Source of the DNA: an uncultured Isosphaeraceae bacterium
GTDB lineage: Bacteria; Planctomycetota; Phycisphaerae; Phycisphaerales; SM1A02
Assembly: GCA_964640485.1 (NCBI GenBank)
Contig: CAZXGD010000012.1
Location: 1,385 to 65,384 of the forward strand
DNA: 64,000 bases
Reading direction: 5' to 3'
Both the position numbers and the translations under genes were made by a program. A model generated the notes under the pieces. That model saw nothing but the letters and a program-made list of their open reading frames with translations, was not told the origin of the DNA and ran no database searches. Shown piece by piece: positions 37,440-46,198 of the stretch. The stretch's first letter is position 1, and each line of letters opens with the position of its first letter.

Positions 37440-39842
37440 ATGGGTTCGAACAGGCACATCACATTCATTTCAGCGCTGGCCGCAGCAGCAGCGCTGGCAT
37501 CGCCCTGCGTAGCGCAGAGCTTTACCTTTGCACCCGCCGTTTCACGCGCGTGCACTCCCAGTCATCTTCCTACCCGTGTGGTTGCAACTGACGTTGATCA
37601 GAACGGAATGCTTGACTTGCTCTTGCCGGGGCGCGACTCCAACGCTCTTGTGAATTGGGTGCCGTTAGACTCCGCAGGCGTGCCCGGCACCATGCAGCAG
37701 TTTGCCTCACCGGGGCAGACCGATGCGGCGGTGATCGGCGACTTTAATGGCGATGGCCAACCTGATGTGGCTTTCAGTGTGCGCGCGTATTCGGGCCGGT
37801 TGGCGGTGTATCTGCGCGGAGAAGAGGGGCTCGCCGCCGTGCCCATCATGACACAACTTGACCGTGAACCGCGCGCACTTGTGGCCGGAGATTGGAATGG
37901 CGATGGCGCCACCGATCTCGCCACAACGCAGTACGGCAATCAGGCCATACTCATCCTCATGAACAATGGATTGGGTGAGTTCTCAATTGCGCAACGCATC
38001 GCGGTGGAGCCTTGGTCCGGCGGAACGGCCGGGCCGCAGGAGTTGCTGGTCGGAGATATGAACGGGGATGGCCACGCAGACCTTGTGGGCACGATGCTGG
38101 GCACCCGGCGAATCGACCTTATGTTTGGCTCTGCTGCGGGAACGTTTGGTTCACCGGTCGCATGGATGGCGCCCGACTTGGCCGATGATTCCCGACCTGG
38201 AGTGACCACCGCTGCGCTCGGGGATCTTGACGGCGATGGAGATTTGGACGTAGCCGTCACGCTGATCGCGTCAAGTGGTCCGCAGCCGCTTCTGGTGTTT
38301 GTGAACAATGGCGCAGGTGAGTTTCCGCAGAACCGAATGTTCATGGGAGCTGAGGTTGGATTGGGGTGGGGCACAGCACTTGGGGATTTGGACGCAGACG
38401 GGGATCTCGACGTCGTCACTGGCACCGCTCTCCCGGGCGGGGTGCTGGTCTGGGAGAACATCACCCTTCCGGAGGGGGAGATTGAGTTCGCGCCCCCGCA
38501 GTCGCTGGGAAGCGGAACATTTGTGCGCGACATTTGCATCGGGCATTTGGATTCTGATTGCGACCTTGACATCGCCTACGCCGAGATCGCGGGGAACTCA
38601 GTTCGCGTCTATCGCCAGTTGCGCGATTGCGGCGGCAACGGCCTCGCGCATGGCAGTGGCACGCGTTCTGGCGGTGCAACATTGGCCACCAACGCGCTCG
38701 ACCCGCAGCAACTGGCTGCCGCTGCGCTGGGTAACGCACTCAAAGCCCGGGGCAACACGAGTGAACAGTTGGCTCTGCTTTTGGCAAGCTTTGGCGCACC
38801 CCCAGACCGTGCCGCGTCCACACAGTTCTTTGACGCGCCAGCCTCTTGCGGCCCGGCGGGCCCCGGTGGCCGGTGCGATGAACCACACTTGACGCCCGGC
38901 TGCTTCACCACGCCCTGCTGCGAAACGGTGTGCGGGTTTGACCCACAATGCTGCGACGTGGCGTGGGACCAATTGTGCGTTGACATCGCCGAGAGCGAGT
39001 GCGCGGGAATGGTGTGCCCGCAGTACGGCAGTTGCAGTGAGGTGCATAGCGACCCCGGGTGCCAAGACCCGGAATGCTGCGAACGGATCACGCGATTGGA
39101 TGGGTACTGCCAGGAATTGTGGGATCACATTTGCGTGCAGCGCGTGGCAGATGTGTGCGGCGTGCCTCCCTGCACCGTGCAGGTTCCGCCGGATGCTTCT
39201 GATGAGGGAGAGATTTGCTATCAGAAGTTGAATGACGGTCCGAACTATCCCGGAGACTTGGTGGCGGACATCGCCAACGGCCAGGCGGTGAGTGGAACCT
39301 GCTCAACGCGATCACCTCGAGACACTGATTGGTATCGGTTGCCCGGTTCAGGTAAGCGGCGAGTGCGTTTGGAAGTAAACGCCGAATTCCCGTGCGAAGT
39401 TCACCTTGTGCACGGGCCATTTGCGGGGCCATTGATGGGTACGCATTTGGTGCATGGAGGTGAATGCACGCCCGTCACTCTTGAAGCATGCATTGACGGC
39501 GCCGGCCCGTGGCACGCCGTGGTGACCATGGGCTCGCCCGCAGGCGCCATCCGGCAAGGGCAGCCATGCACCGTGGAGGATCCAGAGAACCCGTGGGATC
39601 CCAAGGATCCCCCGCCGACCCCGGGGTACGACGGCGAAATGTATCTCATTCGCTGCACACTCTCTTTGTGTGCACAGTCACCAGACTTGAACGGAGATGG
39701 CACCGTAGATGGCGCTGACTTGGGAGTGCTCTTGGGGCACTGGGGGCTCAGTGGCGGGGTGTCTGGCGACCTCAACGGGGACGGCACTGTTGATGGAGCG
39801 GACTTGGGAACGCTGCTGGGCGCTTGGGGGCCAGTTTCGTAA
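37440..39842 (+). CDS. large secreted FG-GAP/VCBS-repeat protein with Cys-rich modules, a PPC-like domain and two dockerin-like C-terminal repeats
   Basis: Signal peptide. At least 6 repeats of the type GDFNGDGQPDV, GDWNGDGATDL, GDMNGDGHADL, GDLDGDGDLDV and GDLDADGDLDV. Two CC...C...WD..C modules. DTDWYRL (PPC-like). The C-terminal DLNGDGTVDGADLG(V/T)LLG(H/A)WG occurs twice. Confidence 0.85.
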   Translation: MGSNRHITFISALAAAAALASPCVAQSFTFAPAVSRACTPSHLPTRVVATDVDQNGMLDLLLPGRDSNALVNWVPLDSAGVPGTMQQFASPGQTDAAVIGDFNGDGQPDVAFSVRAYSGRLAVYLRGEEGLAAVPIMTQLDREPRALVAGDWNGDGATDLATTQYGNQAILILMNNGLGEFSIAQRIAVEPWSGGTAGPQELLVGDMNGDGHADLVGTMLGTRRIDLMFGSAAGTFGSPVAWMAPDLADDSRPGVTTAALGDLDGDGDLDVAVTLIASSGPQPLLVFVNNGAGEFPQNRMFMGAEVGLGWGTALGDLDADGDLDVVTGTALPGGVLVWENITLPEGEIEFAPPQSLGSGTFVRDICIGHLDSDCDLDIAYAEIAGNSVRVYRQLRDCGGNGLAHGSGTRSGGATLATNALDPQQLAAAALGNALKARGNTSEQLALLLASFGAPPDRAASTQFFDAPASCGPAGPGGRCDEPHLTPGCFTTPCCETVCGFDPQCCDVAWDQLCVDIAESECAGMVCPQYGSCSEVHSDPGCQDPECCERITRLDGYCQELWDHICVQRVADVCGVPPCTVQVPPDASDEGEICYQKLNDGPNYPGDLVADIANGQAVSGTCSTRSPRDTDWYRLPGSGKRRVRLEVNAEFPCEVHLVHGPFAGPLMGTHLVHGGECTPVTLEACIDGAGPWHAVVTMGSPAGAIRQGQPCTVEDPENPWDPKDPPPTPGYDGEMYLIRCTLSLCAQSPDLNGDGTVDGADLGVLLGHWGLSGGVSGDLNGDGTVDGADLGTLLGAWGPVS

Positions 39843-39918
39843 GCATTTGCAACGCGTTGTGGGGCGTTCTGCCATGAACTTGTGCGCCTTTGCGCAAAGC
39901 CGTGCTAGTTTTGGCGGC

Positions 39919-40956
39919 ATGACCTTGCTCCACTCGTCTTTGCTGGTCGGCGGCCTGTCGCTGGCTGCGGCAACTCTGGCTCCTGCCGCCACGCTTCACT
40001 ACCAGTGCACGCTGGCGCCCACCAGCACACTGAATCAAGACTCGTCGCTCTCCATTCCTCTGGCAGGCACGTGGATTGGCAACTACAACGCCAAGACTAA
40101 CCCCACTGGAACACGAACGATCCCGGGTCTCTTTGGCGGTAGTGGCAACAATGCCATTCCCTACACCTCAACGGCGGTCTCCAGCATCGCGGTGGCTAAT
40201 TCCCATCCCAGCGGATCATTTGAGCTGGGATTCGACGCGGCCACCGGATCTGTTGAAGTGAGCAAGTTGTTTCTGGACGCACTTTCGGGAACCAAGGGCA
40301 GCATCGACACATCGCTCGTGCTCACCTATAGCTCCTTCCATACAGTGGCTCCAACGGCCATTTATCCAGGCGTCACCAATCTCACGTTGCCCATTGATTC
40401 GGGGGTTCTCTCGCGCGCAGACGCGGTGCAGACTGGGGCTTCTGTCGGAAGCGGGGTGCCCGTCGGTGCGGGAGTGTGGACCTTTGCGCTCGCAGTGCCG
40501 GTGGACTACATGATCCAAGGCACCGCATTGGGGCAACCATTTGGGGGCGATCCTGTTCCTGCTGTGTTGGCACTCACCGGAACACTCACGGTGGTGCCGG
40601 GAGGCATTCAGGTGACCGTGAGCGTGACCGCCAGCGGCAGCGAGCCCGTGCCCTCACTCGGAACATTGGACGCGCAGCCCTTTGACTTGCCCACCGTTCT
40701 TCCGCCCGGGAGCACCGCGCACCTGCTGGTCTCCGGAACCTTTGGCGATGGAACGATCACCAGCGATATCTCCGCGGAACTCAGCGCGCCAGGAGTGCTC
40801 ATCGGCACCCCGGGTGACCTCGACGGAAATGGAATCGTGAATGGCGCGGACTTGGGGCTGCTGCTGGGTGCGTGGGGCACAGCGGGCGCCGACTTGGACG
40901 CCGACGGAACCACCAACGGTGCAGATCTAGGCCTGTTGCTGGGCAACTGGAGTTAA
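39919..40956 (+). CDS. secreted hypothetical protein with the same dockerin-like C-terminal double repeat
   Basis: Signal peptide MTLLHSSLLVGGLSLAAATLAPAA, a beta-rich Ser/Thr/Gly body, and the C-terminal DLDGNGIVNGADLGLLLGAWG and DLDADGTTNGADLGLLLGNW. The start is ATG 39919 (39874 is the alternative). Confidence 0.7.
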   Translation: MTLLHSSLLVGGLSLAAATLAPAATLHYQCTLAPTSTLNQDSSLSIPLAGTWIGNYNAKTNPTGTRTIPGLFGGSGNNAIPYTSTAVSSIAVANSHPSGSFELGFDAATGSVEVSKLFLDALSGTKGSIDTSLVLTYSSFHTVAPTAIYPGVTNLTLPIDSGVLSRADAVQTGASVGSGVPVGAGVWTFALAVPVDYMIQGTALGQPFGGDPVPAVLALTGTLTVVPGGIQVTVSVTASGSEPVPSLGTLDAQPFDLPTVLPPGSTAHLLVSGTFGDGTITSDISAELSAPGVLIGTPGDLDGNGIVNGADLGLLLGAWGTAGADLDADGTTNGADLGLLLGNWS

Positions 40957-41931
40957 GGCGCTGCGAGTCCAGGGCAGCGCCCCCAGATTGGCGTTGCCTC
41001 CGCACAGCACCACCACGGTGGGGCCGCGCGCGTTGTCCTGTTGCGCGCGAAGACGCATGGCCTGCGACCTGAGCGCGGCCACTCCCACGCCAGCGCTGGG
41101 CTCAATGACGATGCGCGCACGCTCAAAGATGTAGCGCATTCCCTGCACGATTTCTTCTTCGGTGACGGTGATGATCTCGTCCACCAGTTGGCGAATGATG
41201 GGAAAGGTGAGCGGACCCAACGGCGCGCGCAGGCCGTCCGCAATGGTCACGGGGGGCCGCTGAGCGGCGATGGCGCCAGTTCGCATGGATTCAGCAGCAT
41301 CGTCAGCGAGCGCAGGTTCGGCGCCCACGATTCGTACATCCGGTCGCAGTGCGCGCGCGGCCACGGCGATACCGCCGATCAATCCGCCCCCTCCGATAGG
41401 AACAACGATGGTGCCAGCAGTCGGAAGTTGTTCCATGATTTCAAGCGCGATGGTTCCCTGGCCCGCCATCGTCAGCGGGTGGTCGGAAGGAGGAACCAAG
41501 GTGGCACCGGTCAGGGCTTGCACGCGCGCACACTCAGCATTGCGTTCTGCTGCTCCGGATCCGCAGGAGTACACCGTGCCGCCATACTGAATGACCGCCT
41601 GTCGCTTGACGGCTGAGACATCGTGCGGCATCACCACATGTGCGGCGATGCCCCGCCCCTGGGCCGCAAAAGCCAATGATTGCCCGTGGTTTCCGCTGCT
41701 GTGGGTGACCACACCCCGGGCGGCAGTGGCGTCATCAAGTGCCCACACGGCGTTGGCTGCGCCACGGATCTTAAAACTCCCGGTGCGCTGCATGCACTCG
41801 CATTTCATCCACGCATCGCGCCCAGTCTCAGTTGAAAGGTCCAAGGAATGCAAGAGGGGAGTTCGAACGGCTCGCCCCGCGAGGCGCGTGGCGGCCGTCT
41901 GAACGTCTGCGAGCGAAATGGCCAGAGTCAT
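40927..41931 (-). CDS. PLP-dependent threonine/serine dehydratase (no C-terminal ACT regulatory domains)
   Basis: PLP-lysine motif TGSFKIRGA and the Gly-rich loop PIGGGGLIGG. At ~334 aa it looks like the short, catabolic-type form. Its ATGA start overlaps the upstream DinB gene stop. Confidence 0.85.
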   Translation of the reverse strand: MTLAISLADVQTAATRLAGRAVRTPLLHSLDLSTETGRDAWMKCECMQRTGSFKIRGAANAVWALDDATAARGVVTHSSGNHGQSLAFAAQGRGIAAHVVMPHDVSAVKRQAVIQYGGTVYSCGSGAAERNAECARVQALTGATLVPPSDHPLTMAGQGTIALEIMEQLPTAGTIVVPIGGGGLIGGIAVAARALRPDVRIVGAEPALADDAAESMRTGAIAAQRPPVTIADGLRAPLGPLTFPIIRQLVDEIITVTEEEIVQGMRYIFERARIVIEPSAGVGVAALRSQAMRLRAQQDNARGPTVVVLCGGNANLGALPWTRSALTPVAQQQA

Positions 41932-42449
41932 GCGTGAATGGCTGCGTGTCTGGGCATCTGCTCTCGCGCCCAAATGATGTAACTGCTGTCAGGAAGCTGA
42001 TGACCCATCTGCCGAAACATGTTGCTCAATTGGGCATTGTGGTACAGCGCGTGCGTGGGTACCTGCAAGAGTCCGTCCACCACGCGCTGTTTGAACTCTC
42101 GCCCCTCGCGCACTCGCACCACCACGCGCATGAGTTCAGCGTCGGTGAGCGTGCCCAGATACACGTCCCACTCCGACCGAGTCTGCCTCCACTTGGTGGC
42201 CAAGTCGTCGAGTGTGGCAAAGTCCTTGGCGGTGGGCATCACCGCTGAGGTGGCGGTGCCCTCAAGCACGCGCAGCCAGAGCGTTTCTGCTCCATACATG
42301 TGTACGAGCGTTCCCATGACGCTTCCCAGCCCCATGGGAAACTCACGGTGCAGTTCCTCTTTGGTCAGAGTTCGTGCGGCGTCGGTTGTGCGCTGCGTAC
42401 ACCACTGCAGCCACGAGTAGAGATCGCGAATGGTGTGGATGGTGTGCAT
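41928..42449 (-). CDS. DinB-family protein
   Basis: A ~170-aa four-helix-type protein with His motifs (GTLVHMYGAETLW and HALYHNAQLS) typical of the DinB superfamily. Confidence 0.7.
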   Translation of the reverse strand: MHTIHTIRDLYSWLQWCTQRTTDAARTLTKEELHREFPMGLGSVMGTLVHMYGAETLWLRVLEGTATSAVMPTAKDFATLDDLATKWRQTRSEWDVYLGTLTDAELMRVVVRVREGREFKQRVVDGLLQVPTHALYHNAQLSNMFRQMGHQLPDSSYIIWAREQMPRHAAIHA

Positions 42450-42491
42450 GTCATGCAGGGTATCCGCCGGGGGGCGCTCAACCCTACCTGA

Positions 42492-43487
42492 TCAGGCGGA
42501 AACTGGCGCTGCGTCTGGCATGACATCCGCGGTGGCGGGGGGCGCCACCGGATCAAAGACAAAGCTCATGCGGTGCACGCGACGGTGGAGCGCCACGCGG
42601 TGTCTGCGCACGCCTGGAATGTCCATGACTTGGCGGCAGACTTGGTCATAGTGAGCATCGTCGCGCACCATGACTTCGCAACCTAGGGCCCATTCGCCAG
42701 ACATCATGACAAAGAAGGACAGCTCGGAAATCTTCTCCAGATCGCGCAGCACGTCTTTGGCGGGTCGGTCCACCATGATGTGCATGTACCCGGTAAGGAG
42801 CAGTCCGATTCGATGCGGGTCGGGCATTCCCAGAATGCGAACAATTCCATCGGAGATCAACCTGCGGTATCGGTCCGCAGCTGACGTTGGTGAAATGCCG
42901 ATTGCCGTGGCCAGTTCAGTAAATGAAATGCGGCCCAGTGTTTGCACTTCGCGGATGATTCTGCGGTCGGTGGAGTCCAAGTGCCTTGGGGCACCCGCAG
43001 GCCCCAGCGCAGCGGGCTGAGCTGACGTACCTGAGAACTCAAGGATCGTTCGAATGTCCACTTCGGCGACATCCGGCATGCCGTACACCAGTGCATCCAG
43101 TATGTTCACCAGATCGGGTCCAGTCGCCGCCACGCCGTACGCGATGACATCGCAGAATCCAAAGCACGTCATGACCATGGCAAACTGCGGATGCTTGGCG
43201 AGTCGCTTGGCCAATGCTTCTGAGTCGCTGCGTGAACGGAGGAACAACGCGAACTGAACGTGGTAGCCCAGATACTCCGGCGGCACAAAGCCGATCACGC
43301 GAACGCTTTTTTCCTCAAACAGTCGGGCCAATCTGCGGCTGACATTGGCCTCGCTGATACCAGTGGCCATGGCTAGGTCTCGGCCTGAGGCCCGGCCGTC
43401 CCGAACCAGAATCGAGACCAGTTTCAGGTCAGCCTCGTCAAGCGGCGGCAACGACAGATCAGTGAATCGGGGAGGAGTTTGCAGCAT
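42492..43487 (-). CDS. tandem Lrp/AsnC-family regulator (two HTH + RAM-like modules in one polypeptide)
   Basis: Module 1 is LDEADLKLVSILVRDGRASGRDLAMATGISEANVSRRLARLFEEKSV. Module 2 is LDSTDRRIIREVQTLGRISFTELATAIGISPTSAADRYRRLISDGIV. The ATG at 43487 (MLQTPP) is preferred. Confidence 0.75.
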   Translation of the reverse strand: MLQTPPRFTDLSLPPLDEADLKLVSILVRDGRASGRDLAMATGISEANVSRRLARLFEEKSVRVIGFVPPEYLGYHVQFALFLRSRSDSEALAKRLAKHPQFAMVMTCFGFCDVIAYGVAATGPDLVNILDALVYGMPDVAEVDIRTILEFSGTSAQPAALGPAGAPRHLDSTDRRIIREVQTLGRISFTELATAIGISPTSAADRYRRLISDGIVRILGMPDPHRIGLLLTGYMHIMVDRPAKDVLRDLEKISELSFFVMMSGEWALGCEVMVRDDAHYDQVCRQVMDIPGVRRHRVALHRRVHRMSFVFDPVAPPATADVMPDAAPVSA

Positions 43488-43709
43488 GTTTGGTTCCTTG
43501 GGTATGAGGTCGCGTTCGGCTTGCGAGTTCCCACCAACACACCACTCACGAGGCCATTTTCCCACTTTTGTGCTGTTCAGTTTCAGAACCATGGAAAAAT
43601 ACAGCGATTTGCAGCCTTCTATACGCATTGGACCGTGAAAGGTTTCACAATACGGAGGATTGTGGAGGGGTAGCCCCGCCAGACGCTATCCCGCCACTAT
43701 TCTGCGGTT

Positions 43710-43799
43710 GTTCGCTCGGGGCGCTCCCCACGGCATACAGGGGCGCTGAGAAGTACCCGCGGAACCTGATCCGGTTCGCACCGGCGTAGGGAAGCGAAC
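43710..43799 (+). promoter_or_regulatory. TPP (THI-box) riboswitch upstream of thiC
   Basis: P1 pairs GTTCGCT (43710-43716) with AGCGAAC (43793-43799). The core reads GGGGCGC...CTGAGAAGTACCCGCGGAACCTGATCCGGTTCGCACCGGCGTAGGGAAGC and matches the conserved CUGAGA / ACCUGAUC.GG....GCC.GCGUAGGGA elements. Confidence 0.9.
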
Positions 43800-43873
43800 A
43801 GGGCTGAAGAGCGTTCGCTCTTGCCGCTGTTCGTCCACACTCTGCGCGTGGGCCAGCCAGCAAGGAGCACGCC

Positions 43874-45742
43874 ATGATCCAGCATTCCAATCCTGTTGAC
43901 GCCTACCAGCTGCCGCTCCGCGGCGCAGCAAACCCTTCCACGCACGCGCAGGGAACCACTCCTGGGAGTTTTGCCAACGCCGCGAAGGTGGGTGGACCGC
44001 TCTCCTTTAGCAGCCCGGACACTCCGGGCATGCCCGCGCCCAGCGCCCTGACCGCGTGGGACTTTCTGCCCACGGGCTGGAGCGTGTGTTCTGCGGCAAC
44101 CCACGCGGAAGGATGCGCGGGGCACGGTGGTCACGCGGCGGGCCAGTTCATCCGCGCAGTTCCTCCGCCTGGGTTTGTCGCGATCACCCAGTTGGAACAC
44201 GCTCGATTGGGAACCGTCACTCCACAGATGCGACGCGTAGCAGAACGAGAGCCACACCTGACCGCAGAGCAAGTACGCGACGAAGTCGCCGCCGGACGAA
44301 TGGTGATTCCTGCCAACACAGTTCATCTTGGGTATTCGCTGGACCCCATGAGCATCGGCCGCGCCAGCCGCACCAAGATCAACGCCAACATGGGTGCAAG
44401 CCCGGTGAGTAGTGGCACCCATGAAGAAGTGGAAAAGCTTCATTGGGCGGAGCGCTGGGGGGCGGACACGGTGATGGACCTTTCCACGGGTGGCAATCTT
44501 GACGAGTGCCGCGACGCACTGATCCGCAGCAGCACAGTGCCCATCGGAACGGTTCCGATTTACAGCATGATCATCGGGCGCAAGATTGAAGACTTGGACA
44601 TGGCTATGGTGCTGCGCACGCTGGAACACCAGGCGCAGCAGGGGGTGGACTATTTCACGATCCACGCCGGTGTGTTGCGCGAACACCTGCCGTACATCAA
44701 GCGCCGACTGATTGGAATTGTGAGCCGCGGCGGAAGCCTCTTGGCCAAGTGGATGCTGGTGCATTCCAAGCAGAATCTGATGTATTCAGGGTGGGAAGAG
44801 ATTTGTGCCGTCATGCGCAAGTACGACGTGACATTTAGCATCGGCGATGGCTTGCGACCGGGCGGTTTGGCAGATGCCACAGATCGTGCGCAGTTGGCCG
44901 AACTTGAAACCATCGGCGAACTCACGGAGCGAGCCTGGCGCATGGGCGTACAAGTCATGGTCGAGGGGCCCGGGCATGTGCCCTTTGATCAGATTGAGTT
45001 CAACATGAAGTTGCAGCGCACGCTCTGCCACGGCGCGCCCTTTTACGTGCTGGGGCCCTTGGTCACGGACATGTTTCCGGGCTACGACCACATCACCAGC
45101 TGCATCGGCGCGACTGCGGCGGCGTATCACGGCGCGAGCATGTTGTGTTACGTCACTCCCAAGGAACACCTTGGGCTTCCCAAGAAGGACGATGTCAAGC
45201 AAGGGTGCGTGGCCTACAAGATCGCGGCCCACGCGGCAGATGTGGCGCTTGGTATCCCGGGCACACGTGACAGAGATGACGAACTCACCAAAGCGCGTGC
45301 TGCGCTGAATTGGCAGCGCCACTTTGAATTGAGCTTTGATCCGGATACCGCCCGCGCCTATCACGATGAGGACCTGGACGTTGACACGGACTTCTGTGCC
45401 ATGTGCGGTCACGACTGGTGCAGCGTTCGCATTAGCAAGGAGATTCAGGAGTTTGCCAGCGGCAAGGAGCAGGAGTACCAACGCGGCCAACCGGTGCGCA
45501 GCGCGGCCCTGACCCCTGAACAACAGGAGATCCTGGCCAAGCGGGGGGTGCTCTCCCCCGAAGAGATCCATCGGTTGGCGGGCAAGACTCGAAAGGCGGT
45601 GGGGGCCGAAACGGGCGCCAAAGCCACCTGTCACAGCGACTTTGTGGACCCAGAAACGGCCCAGAAGGCGCAGGCGGCCCAGTTGGTGCAACTGAACACG
45701 GCGCCCGCTCACAACCTGCCCAGCCACGACAGCGTGATTTAG
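43874..45742 (+). CDS. thiC: phosphomethylpyrimidine synthase
   Basis: A long radical-SAM-type ThiC with the C-terminal cluster motif [17 protein letters not shown] lies 6 nt upstream of the ATG, and the gene is preceded by the TPP riboswitch. Confidence 0.95.
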   Translation: MIQHSNPVDAYQLPLRGAANPSTHAQGTTPGSFANAAKVGGPLSFSSPDTPGMPAPSALTAWDFLPTGWSVCSAATHAEGCAGHGGHAAGQFIRAVPPPGFVAITQLEHARLGTVTPQMRRVAEREPHLTAEQVRDEVAAGRMVIPANTVHLGYSLDPMSIGRASRTKINANMGASPVSSGTHEEVEKLHWAERWGADTVMDLSTGGNLDECRDALIRSSTVPIGTVPIYSMIIGRKIEDLDMAMVLRTLEHQAQQGVDYFTIHAGVLREHLPYIKRRLIGIVSRGGSLLAKWMLVHSKQNLMYSGWEEICAVMRKYDVTFSIGDGLRPGGLADATDRAQLAELETIGELTERAWRMGVQVMVEGPGHVPFDQIEFNMKLQRTLCHGAPFYVLGPLVTDMFPGYDHITSCIGATAAAYHGASMLCYVTPKEHLGLPKKDDVKQGCVAYKIAAHAADVALGIPGTRDRDDELTKARAALNWQRHFELSFDPDTARAYHDEDLDVDTDFCAMCGHDWCSVRISKEIQEFASGKEQEYQRGQPVRSAALTPEQQEILAKRGVLSPEEIHRLAGKTRKAVGAETGAKATCHSDFVDPETAQKAQAAQLVQLNTAPAHNLPSHDSVI

Positions 45743-45756
45743 GGGAGCCACCAAAC

Positions 45757-45773
45757 TTCCGAAACTTTCGGAA
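45757..45773. repeat. perfect 17-bp palindrome TTCCGAAA-C-TTTCGGAA
   Basis: Read directly from the sequence. It lies 15 nt after the thiC stop and 30 nt before the next ATG. Confidence 0.9.
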
Positions 45774-45802
45774 CGTATGAGCCGAAGAGAAGGAGCGTGG
45801 AG

Positions 45803-46192
45803 ATGCCCAGTGCCAACTCAGGCGCAGCGGCTGAAACCCAGACCCTGCGTCCGGGATTCTGGGATGTACCCCACATGCTCTTTCAACAGGCCTACTTGTG
45901 GCTGGTCTTTTTGGCCTCGGTGGACATCATGTTCACCTGGCTCATACTTGCGCGCGCTGGCGTAGAAGTGAACCCTGTGGCCAGCATGGTGATCGATGCA
46001 TGGGGCATGCCCGGCGCGGTGGTTTTTAAGTTTGCGCTTGTCACCGTGGCCATTGTCATCTGCGAGGAAGTGGGCCGCACCAAACCAAAAGTTGGCCACG
46101 CATTGGCATGGTGCGGGCCCGCCCTCAACGGCGTGCCCGTGCTTTGGAGCGCGGTGCTCATCGGGTGGCACTGGCAGCTCTTTGCACTTTGA
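45803..46192 (+). CDS. small membrane protein (DUF5658-like)
   Basis: TM helices with the motif SVDIMFTWLILARAGVEVNPVASMV. AAGGAG lies 8 nt upstream of the ATG at 45803; the track GTG at 45797 is too close to the SD. Confidence 0.55.
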   Translation: MPSANSGAAAETQTLRPGFWDVPHMLFQQAYLWLVFLASVDIMFTWLILARAGVEVNPVASMVIDAWGMPGAVVFKFALVTVAIVICEEVGRTKPKVGHALAWCGPALNGVPVLWSAVLIGWHWQLFAL

Positions 46193-46198
46193 ATGTCG

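Noticed and set aside
39683-40950. Repeated DLNGDG..GADLG..LLG.WG-coding segments as a possible diversity-generating retroelement or recombination cassette.
   Set aside because: No reverse transcriptase or template repeat is present. The repeats are ordinary dockerin-type calcium-binding motifs at protein C-termini.
43568-43789. A 73-aa ORF in the Lrp-thiC intergenic region.
   Set aside because: It overlaps the TPP riboswitch aptamer and has no coding signal.
45757-45773. The 17-bp palindrome as the intrinsic terminator of thiC.
   Set aside because: A 1-nt centre forces a weak 5-bp stem with an AT-rich loop, and no T-tract follows. An operator-like role seems more plausible, so it is reported as a finding instead.
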